Below the pieces are notes generated by a model. It had not been told where the DNA came from and did not search any database. It worked only from the letters and a program-made list of their open reading frames with translations. DNA of 63,581 nt, counting the filler, from Stramenopiles sp. TOSAG23-3 (Eukaryota): assembly GCA_900128585.1 (NCBI GenBank). It is 24 parts of 24 records of this genome, joined end to end, with 100 filler letters (N's around TTAATTAATTAA, not from the genome) between each part and the next. Parts side by side here need not be neighbours in the genome. Positions count along the whole stretch, not along the records: positions 55,762 to 58,302 come from LT644742.1; positions 58,403 to 60,942 come from LT644743.1; positions 61,043 to 63,581 come from LT644744.1; 21 more parts are not named here. One strand, 5' to 3'. Positions 56,105 to 63,581 of the stretch are shown here, one piece after another. Each line of letters opens with the position of its first letter. Within the stretch, counting starts at the first letter, position 1. The translations under genes and the position numbers were made by a program.

Positions 56105-58015
56105 ATGACGTCCTTTGCAAACACTGTCGGTCAGGCCTTGGGGATTAAAGAGACCGTATCCTCGAATAGAAACCGTCTTCAGATTAACATAGGTGCGAAG
56201 GAGTACGACTTAGACTTCACGTACATAACCCCTCGGGTAATTGCTATGGGGTGGCCCGGCCAAGGCATGCAGCGAATTTATAGAAACGATATCACGGAGG
56301 TCCGGGAATACCTGGACCACGTCCACAAAAACCATTACAAAGTCTTAAACCTGGCGGAAAAGTTCTACGACCCCCAGTTTTTTGACTACCGAGTCTGCCA
56401 CTACCCGTTTCCCGACCACAACCCCCCAACCCTGAGCCTGCTTCGCACTATTGTCTTCTCCGTGTATGACTTTCTTGCCAGCGACAACAAGAACGTTGTT
56501 GCCGTTCACTGCAAGGCTGGGAAGGGGAGGACGGGCGTGGTTGTATCTTGCATTCTGATGCTGCTGGACCGGGTGCACCTGAAGGTAGACTCCGAATTGC
56601 TGCTGAAGATGGACGCAACGACCATTGCGCAGAAGAGCCTGGAGTACTTTGCGGGGGAACGGTCGAAGGCCAACATCGGCGTCCAGTGTCCGTCTCAAAT
56701 ACGTTACGTGCATTACTTTGCCCGGCTGCTCGTCGCGCAAGGCCTTCCCAAGCGTTTGAACCCCTCTCCGGACGGGGGAGGAAAGGTCGTGCTGGAGCAA
56801 CCGGAGCTCCCATCGGGCCGTTCGTACAAATTGAAGGAGATCATCCTGGAGGATGTGCCAAATTACAACAAGGAGGACGGTTTTTTGCCGTCCGTGATGG
56901 TGTTCCAGGCGGCCGGGGGGGGGCAGGGCGGGAACGTCCTGTACAATTCTGCGTGGGACTCGACGATCGGCGGGAACGAGCGCTCCGGCATTCTCTGCGT
57001 GCCTGGGCGGAAGAAGAAGGTTCGAATTCCGTTGGGGGGGGAAGATGGCGTGAGAGTGGTCGACGATATCCACGTGCGCGTCCTGCACAATTCTGAACAG
57101 GCGTTCCGGTTCAATTTTCACACTGGATTTTTGGAGTTCCCTGAAGGCATCGACCAGCTCTTATTTCCTTTGCGGAAGCCAGAAGTAGACAAGGCTTGCA
57201 AATCCAGCCGATACCATGACGATTGGTACGTCACGCTGCGCTTTGAACGTTTCGAGGAGCGCCAAAAAGGTGCCGACGATGGCGGCGACGATCCAAACGC
57301 TCAGCCGAGCGAACCCGGAAAGCCGCGGCGGTTCAGCGATGAAGGGAAGCTAGTGTTCAAAACTGGAATGCAAAAGGGCGGGGAAGCGCTGGGGAAGGAT
57401 CCGGGTGTGCAGATAGCCTTTCCGTCACGGGAATCTAGCCTATCGTTAGATGCCGATACGCGCAAGACCGAGCAGAAGTTTATATTTAAGGAAACGAAGA
57501 AGGGGTACATGAGAAAACTGGGAAACTGGGTGAAGAACTGGAAGAAACGATGGTTTGTATTGGAGCACGGGTACCTTTCCTACTACAAGGACATGTCCTC
57601 GCCGGCGCCAATAGCCCGTATCTGCCTGATGGACTACTCTGTAAATATCGAGAATAAGCTTGACCATGCGTTTAAACTGGAGCCGATGAAGCTGAAGGAC
57701 GGGAAACCAGTCGGCCGAACGTTTGTGCTCTGCTGCGAGTCCGAGGAGGACTTGCTGGATTGGATGAACATGACAATGAAGCATTCAATTATATCCCAGC
57801 GGATGGTGCAAGATAGGTATGGCAACAACTTCTTCCCAGGGACCATCTTTGAAACGAGCCATAAGACGAGAGCAAGCAGCATAGCTGCTAGCGTAAGGTC
57901 GGGCAGCGCACGGTCCGTGCACGGGTCGTCCTTGGCAAAGTCGCCGTGGTGGAAGAGAAAGAAAGCAGCACTTAGTTCAAGGAAAAGTCAAAGTTTCGAC
58001 CATCGTTTGTTCTGA
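56105..58015 (+). CDS. PTEN-family lipid phosphatase with C2 domain and C-terminal PH domain
   Basis: YDLDFTYIT.R.IAMG, YRN, FPDHNPP, HCKAGKGRTG, PSQ.RYV.YF and F.FHTGF; PH domain KKGYM.KLG..VKNWKKRWFVL...L.DW. Confidence 0.92.
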   Translation: MTSFANTVGQALGIKETVSSNRNRLQINIGAKEYDLDFTYITPRVIAMGWPGQGMQRIYRNDITEVREYLDHVHKNHYKVLNLAEKFYDPQFFDYRVCHYPFPDHNPPTLSLLRTIVFSVYDFLASDNKNVVAVHCKAGKGRTGVVVSCILMLLDRVHLKVDSELLLKMDATTIAQKSLEYFAGERSKANIGVQCPSQIRYVHYFARLLVAQGLPKRLNPSPDGGGKVVLEQPELPSGRSYKLKEIILEDVPNYNKEDGFLPSVMVFQAAGGGQGGNVLYNSAWDSTIGGNERSGILCVPGRKKKVRIPLGGEDGVRVVDDIHVRVLHNSEQAFRFNFHTGFLEFPEGIDQLLFPLRKPEVDKACKSSRYHDDWYVTLRFERFEERQKGADDGGDDPNAQPSEPGKPRRFSDEGKLVFKTGMQKGGEALGKDPGVQIAFPSRESSLSLDADTRKTEQKFIFKETKKGYMRKLGNWVKNWKKRWFVLEHGYLSYYKDMSSPAPIARICLMDYSVNIENKLDHAFKLEPMKLKDGKPVGRTFVLCCESEEDLLDWMNMTMKHSIISQRMVQDRYGNNFFPGTIFETSHKTRASSIAASVRSGSARSVHGSSLAKSPWWKRKKAALSSRKSQSFDHRLF

Positions 58016-58403
58016 AAGAGGAAGAAAGAGAGTGGTGTGTGACGGCCAACTATAGAATTTAACTTTTCCTAAAAAGGAATTCTTCTTTCTTTGTTTAACA
58101 ACGCCAACTTTACTTTTTTTGGAAATTATTTTTCAGTGTAAAACTCTTAGGATTTTAACTTGTATGTATAGAATACTTTGGCTGAAACACTTCTTTTGGT
58201 GCTTCTGCGGCTTTCGTATTGAAGAGATCAATCGTCTGCTGGTTAGAAAATGCACTGGAACTGGCAAGATCGAACGGGGTATTTCCGGCTGGTGTTCTCT
58301 TCNNNNNNNNNNNNNNNNNNNNNNNNNNNNNNNNNNNNNNNNNNNNTTAATTAATTAANNNNNNNNNNNNNNNNNNNNNNNNNNNNNNNNNNNNNNNNNN
58401 NNC

Positions 58404-59003
58404 AGGAGGCTCGATGAATTTTCGTACGTAAAGCTGACTTGTTCGAAAAATGTGACCGGTGTTCTTGCTGGACGCGGTTGCGCATCAGATTCACTGAAGA
58501 AAGCCAGTATCATTTTCCCAAAAGATTCCTGTGTAACCAGCGGTGATCTGTCACAAAAGTTTTCTATCAATGGAAACCAAATCACACACTCAGTATGGGA
58601 ACAAAACAGTTGTGATGACGAACCCACTACGTCTTACACAACAGCTTCTGAAGCATGTTACGACGATAGAATTATTTTTAAAGTATATCAAGGTGAAGGG
58701 ATTGAAGTGGATAGTCACGGAAAGAAAAGTGATTGCAGCGATGCAAAGCCCTTTGCTGGAGGTGTTAAACTGGTGTCGGGAAGTTGCGTAAAAGATGATG
58801 ATACGTCAGAGAAATACACGTGTTCTTCAGACCACAAATCCATAACTTTTAAACGTTATTCAGACACAGCTTGTTCAATGGAGGATAATTCGAAGGAGGT
58901 GAAAAATGGCGAATGCTTCGACTTTTCGCCGGCTGCGAAAACAGTACCATTCTGGTTCAGAACAGTATTTGTGATTTTGGCAGCAGTAGTTTCGCTGCAC
59001 TAA
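58404..59003 (+). CDS. Cys-rich surface protein, C-terminal part, with probable GPI/TM tail
   Basis: Frame open from the contig edge; repeated C..GSC/YSD..C units; hydrophobic C-terminus VFVILAAVVSLH. Confidence 0.65.
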   Translation, partial: RRLDEFSYVKLTCSKNVTGVLAGRGCASDSLKKASIIFPKDSCVTSGDLSQKFSINGNQITHSVWEQNSCDDEPTTSYTTASEACYDDRIIFKVYQGEGIEVDSHGKKSDCSDAKPFAGGVKLVSGSCVKDDDTSEKYTCSSDHKSITFKRYSDTACSMEDNSKEVKNGECFDFSPAAKTVPFWFRTVFVILAAVVSLH

Positions 59004-59505
59004 GCGATTCAAGCAAATGATTTGGGGGTTGCGACCAGTCCTGAAGAGATACCCAGAAAGACTGCGAGGAAACTGGTGACAGCTACATGCCAATAACCGG
59101 GCCCTCGATTGATAAACCCGATGATGCACGACTCAAGGGATTCTTGTCCAACACTTGGGCATACCAATTGGATAGAGCTAGACTTAACTAAGTCTTAGTT
59201 TCCTAATTTTAACCTTGGTATGTAAGCTAAATGATCACTGCACATTCGATTTAGTAAATGTGCCTTTTACTTTTTTGAATTTGCTGAAAATTTGATTAAT
59301 AAGAATTACGTTTAAGTCTTTTATTTGTAAATTTAAAAAAAAATACAAATATAAAATTATTTCTATATATGATACTACTGGGTACGACGAAGCTAAATTT
59401 AATTACTTAAATAACAGCCAATTTTCTTGTTTTTATGATACTCTACTATATTTTATTTGATAGGATTATTTGTAGCAAAAATGTCATTGAAGGCGTACTT
59501 AATCA

Positions 59506-59703
59506 ATGGCCCCAGCTGCGGAGGAAAAACCAGCTGAGGAAGCTGCCCCAGCCGCGGAGGAAAAACCGGCCAAGGAAGCCACCACAACCGCCGTGGAAAA
59601 AACAACTGACGAAGCCGTCCCAGCTGCCAAGGAAGTCACTCCAGCCACTGATGTTAAACCAACTGAGAGATCCGCCCCAGGCGGTGACATTCTGCAAAAC
59701 TGA
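59506..59703 (+). CDS. Small Ala/Glu/Pro-rich ORF (APAAEEKPA x2); may be an exon or remnant
   Basis: ATG-initiated, GC-rich island with a 39-nt internal repeat. Confidence 0.35.
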   Translation: MAPAAEEKPAEEAAPAAEEKPAKEATTTAVEKTTDEAVPAAKEVTPATDVKPTERSAPGGDILQN

Positions 59704-59869
59704 AAGTAAAACATGCGTAAGTGTTCAAAACAAATTTCAGGTGGGCCGAGTAATCTGAATTTAAAATTTCACATATTTAAGAGACATATGCTATTGTATG
59801 TAATTTTTATTCATATTCAAACTGTATACCGAAATCCAGACTCCTCCCGATTTACACGACTCTCTCTCT

Positions 59870-60430
59870 CTACTTAATCTTCGACGCAGAAGAATGTACA
59901 TACGCATCCAGCGCCTCTTGCGCGGCTTTCTCCGCACGTTCTTCTTGCTCTTGGTGTGCTTTTATCGCATGCAAACGTTCGTCTTCGAGCAATTTTAGCT
60001 TTCCGATGTAGGATTCTATGCAGTCTTCAAAGTATGTTTTATGCATTCGCGCTAAATTAGAACTAAAGTCTAACCACTCGTCTTTGCCAACTTCATCATC
60101 ATCGTCCAAATCAGCGCGCCGTAATTGTGCCAATGCACTCGCTTTCGACGGCCGGGTTCCAGTCATGACCTCGCCTAAGTTTCTAAAATCTTTCACCGTA
60201 AGCTTTCCATCTTTATCTTTGTCCAGTGCTTCAAAAAGTTTCAACAATAAGTTGACTCTATCCATGGTAAGCTCTGTCGAAACTACCCCCAACGTGTCAT
60301 CATCATCCTCGTCTTCTTCGTCATCAATGCCATCGTCTTCATGGACTCCTTCATTAGGTTCTTCTGCAACAGTTGCCCCATGGTTTGTGTTCCCTCCTTC
60401 ATCTTCGATAGTTGTTTCCGTTGACGACAT
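59870..60430 (-). CDS. EF-hand calcium-binding protein
   Basis: LFEALDKDKDGKLTVKDF and ADLDDDDEVGKDEW loops; acidic N-terminus. Confidence 0.85.
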   Translation of the reverse strand: MSSTETTIEDEGGNTNHGATVAEEPNEGVHEDDGIDDEEDEDDDDTLGVVSTELTMDRVNLLLKLFEALDKDKDGKLTVKDFRNLGEVMTGTRPSKASALAQLRRADLDDDDEVGKDEWLDFSSNLARMHKTYFEDCIESYIGKLKLLEDERLHAIKAHQEQEERAEKAAQEALDAYVHSSASKIK

Positions 60431-61466
60431 TGAAAGCTTAAATGAATGTACGAATGAAAGGTGCAAAAAAAGAGAAAGACATTGAACTATAAAAATATAA
60501 TCGACATCTTCTGTTTCGATTTTTTCTTTCTTAATTTAAAACGAGACATTCGTTACTCTTTCCAACCAAGTTAAAATCAAGCAGCAAATTCATTCATGCT
60601 TGTGGGGGGGGGGGGGGGTTGTTGTTGGGGTTGGTTAGAGCCGGAAAGAAGAGAAAATAAGTCACCTAAATTAAGGATTTGTATATATAATTATTATATA
60701 TGCTGTGTGTATGTAAAGATGTATACTTTTTATCACTTTTTAATTCTATTTAGTCATAATTAATATTGAGAAATGATTTAATCTAAACCCCTATATCTAA
60801 ATAGACTTATCATTATAAAGGATATCCTACCATTATCCCTATTTACATACATCCTTAATTATGGCTTATCTGGTCCATCCCCTAGTTTTGGGGTTGGATT
60901 CACAAAAAATAATAAATAAAATAAATAATAAAATTTGGAAAANNNNNNNNNNNNNNNNNNNNNNNNNNNNNNNNNNNNNNNNNNNNTTAATTAATTAANN
61001 NNNNNNNNNNNNNNNNNNNNNNNNNNNNNNNNNNNNNNNNNNCTGTTGTTGAAAATAAAAAAACAAAAAAGAAGAAGTTCTCCTTTAAGGTGTGAATATT
61101 CATTAATTATTAGATAAGATACATTTTAATCACCGCTTACTATTAAATTCCTTAAGACAACACGATGGCGCATATTTTTCTTACCAATATTATAAATATA
61201 ATAATAATAATATACATTTTTTTAATTTTTATATATTATTTTACTACTACTATATATAAATCATCATATCTCATTCACTGGAAGACAGGTCAAACCATGA
61301 TTAATTATGTAAGGGTCTGAGGAAACTGAAAGGGTCGAGGTATGTTTAATTTACGTACACATAATTTTAATGATTTGCACTGTATATAAATGAAACAAAC
61401 AGAGGAGAGGAGTGGTGGTGCATTGTTGTAGCTGCTTTCGCCAATTGTAGAGGGCGTGGGGTCCAT

Positions 61467-63170
61467 ATGGAGGAGGAATCTTACGCCATTTTTGAAAAAA
61501 GATATCGCAGGAAGGAGGAAGGTCTCCCCCCCGATGCGAAACCAAACACACGAAAACATAGACGCAACAAACCCAAGAAAAAAGAGGCCTCCGTAACGTA
61601 TTTACGGGTACTCCTTTTGATAGTGATTGCCGCAGGGCTGGGGGTAATTTCTGCAAAGTACTACGTAGTGCAACACCACCCGACACCCCACAAAAAACGT
61701 CGCCGTGGAAGAAAGAAACGGCACAGCAAGCGGGATAAACGTAAGTTAAAACATCGCTCGTTTAAAGATGGGCGCGAGGACCCACCCACTGTTCATGATA
61801 CAAAATCGATGGACGAGGACGGTGCAAGCGTCGCAGGAAAGGGCAAAGTTTTGCGCTTCAGCGACTTTGAAAGCGTTCCCCCGAGTGGCATCCTCGAGGA
61901 TGAAGCGACAAATGAAGATTCATCAGCGTGTGTTGACCCTTACACCTTTATCATAAAGCATAATGTAAACATCGACGGAAATGATATGCACGCTTCAAAC
62001 CACCGCCGGGCGAAGAGCTACACAAAATGTTGTAAATTGTGTGGGCGCAATATTGGGTGCGCAGGGTTCACGTTTCAACCATCGAAAAAATCTGGAGAGG
62101 GCACGTGTTGGCTGAAGTCTAATAGTGACCAAGCCAGCAAATCCCCGGAGAAACTTCACGTCGTGTCCGGCGTATTAGATAGCGAAGAGAAGAAAACTCG
62201 CGATAGGCACATAAAGGATACTGACCGAACAAGGGATTTGCTTGTTCCACACGAGAATTTTATTCGTGGAACCCCTCCGTCCAGCACTATCACAATGTTG
62301 GACACTAAAGTTACGTATGGATTCGCAAAACAGGGGTTTGTGTCTTTGCTGCGAGAGCATATTAAGCGGGAACGGTACGCTTACAAAATCATGCGGTCCG
62401 CCGTCCGTACAGGAGCTCCCAACGCCATCGTTGTCGATGTCGGAGCCAACCATGGGCTGTATACCCTGTTTGCTGCAAAATGGGGCGCCCAAACAATTAC
62501 AATCGAGCCGCAAGAGTCCTTGTGCCGACTTATCAATTGGTCCTTGAGGATGAACAAGCTCGAAAAAAGGGTAACGGTGTACGATATTGCAGCGTTGGAC
62601 TCGAATGATAACGTGCGCATGGAGGGTACGAACGTTGCAGAAGGAGCAGTAGCGACAGTACGTAAAGTTGATAGTGGGAAGACATCCTCCAGACGGCTCT
62701 TTGAAATTGTGCCAAAGGGACACCCGGTCTCATTCTTAAAGGTTGACGTGGAGGGCACTGAATTGTCCGTCTTGAACTCCGCAATCCCACTTTTTGACCT
62801 GGATCTCATCGATAACATGGTGGTTGAGTTTGGCCCACCTAGCCGGTGGATGCAAGTGCTGCAAATGGGCTCTAACGAAGGGTTCACGACCTTGAAACGC
62901 CTTGGTGCATACGAATTCGAAATAAGGCTGCTAGAGTTTAGCCAAGTCTATAAACACATAAACGTGCAAAAGGGGAATGGTTTTGCTGTGCTGAAAGATG
63001 AAAAAAGTTGGAGAGAGCTTATTAATGCGATGAATACGTGCAACTGTGAGTGCTATTTGTGGGTAACTCGGGCACCGTCTAGACTGGATCAAGACATGAA
63101 GGGGGGGAAGAAACTGTTGGTTTCCAAGGCTTCCAAACCGGCGGCGAAATACCACTTTGCACGACTGTAA
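61467..63170 (+). CDS. Type II membrane protein with PAN/Apple domain and FkbM-family methyltransferase
   Basis: TM segment LLLIVIAAGLGV; CC.LC.....CAGFTF...CWLK (PAN_4); VDVGANHG.YT, IEPQ and LKVDVEG.E. Confidence 0.88.
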   Translation: MEEESYAIFEKRYRRKEEGLPPDAKPNTRKHRRNKPKKKEASVTYLRVLLLIVIAAGLGVISAKYYVVQHHPTPHKKRRRGRKKRHSKRDKRKLKHRSFKDGREDPPTVHDTKSMDEDGASVAGKGKVLRFSDFESVPPSGILEDEATNEDSSACVDPYTFIIKHNVNIDGNDMHASNHRRAKSYTKCCKLCGRNIGCAGFTFQPSKKSGEGTCWLKSNSDQASKSPEKLHVVSGVLDSEEKKTRDRHIKDTDRTRDLLVPHENFIRGTPPSSTITMLDTKVTYGFAKQGFVSLLREHIKRERYAYKIMRSAVRTGAPNAIVVDVGANHGLYTLFAAKWGAQTITIEPQESLCRLINWSLRMNKLEKRVTVYDIAALDSNDNVRMEGTNVAEGAVATVRKVDSGKTSSRRLFEIVPKGHPVSFLKVDVEGTELSVLNSAIPLFDLDLIDNMVVEFGPPSRWMQVLQMGSNEGFTTLKRLGAYEFEIRLLEFSQVYKHINVQKGNGFAVLKDEKSWRELINAMNTCNCECYLWVTRAPSRLDQDMKGGKKLLVSKASKPAAKYHFARL

Positions 63171-63539
63171 AATGTAGTAGTAATTAGTTTAATGACATAC
63201 AAGGGATGCGGCCAATTTAAACGTGTATAGTATATAAGCACATATCAATACAATTTCTTTTTCTTTGGTTTCTATCTTCCTTCAGTACAATAGCGTTAGT
63301 AACCGTGTTAAGGTCTTAGAGGCTTCCTATATAGTTTTTCTTCTAGAGTTATATTCTACCGATCTGGCTATGATATTGTAATACTGGCTGCTAAACCTTA
63401 ATAACACGGCGCTTTTTAAATATAGTTTTTAAAAACAAAAATAAAAAGACACATCGATGATCATCGATCATCGGCACAGCTGAAAGAAAGAAAGAAACAA
63501 ACAAAGAAAGAAAGAAACAAACAAACAAACAAACAAACA

Positions 63540-63579
<40 letters not shown>

Positions 63580-63581
63580 AA

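Noticed and set aside
2571-61042. Regularly spaced TTAATTAATTAA units about every 2.65 kb, resembling an array
   Set aside because: Artificial contig linkers padded with N; the spacing reflects length-sorted contigs. ORFs ending in X...LIN are artefacts, and no gene clustering across linkers is meaningful.

Overview
This window is not one locus. It is 24 unrelated contigs of about 2.54-2.57 kb, sorted by decreasing length and joined by 23 artificial 100-bp linkers (44 N + TTAATTAATTAA + 44 N), so nothing can be inferred about gene order across a linker. The content is eukaryotic: mostly intronless GC-rich genes in very AT-rich, microsatellite-laden intergenic DNA. Recognisable products are BBS1, an axonemal dynein fragment, TRM1, DPH5, ABCB and ABCD transporters, COG3, TRAPPC2, MRS2, a BMT5/FDXACB1-like methyltransferase, bL36m, an SCP2-type thiolase, PTEN-PH and a DHX16 fragment. 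This points to a flagellated protist MAG/SAG; a stramenopile is my guess. Three lower-GC segments are mobile DNA. (i) An intact, divergent 640-aa tyrosine recombinase (42691-44613) is followed by two tandem hairpin units with identical cores but different, fully compensated outer stems (44683-44817); this is the best candidate for an undescribed system. (ii) A decayed tyrosine recombinase pseudogene (5922-6867), invisible in the ORF track, is also followed by a dense hairpin cluster with a hammerhead-like core. (iii) A DD34E IS630/Tc1-type transposase is paired with a convergent Myb/SANT-like ORF. Also present are a P-loop kinase-flavin monooxygenase fusion, a 156-bp MITE, a dispersed repeat and a recurrent motif downstream of genes. 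All calls come from motif recognition by eye; no database searches were run.
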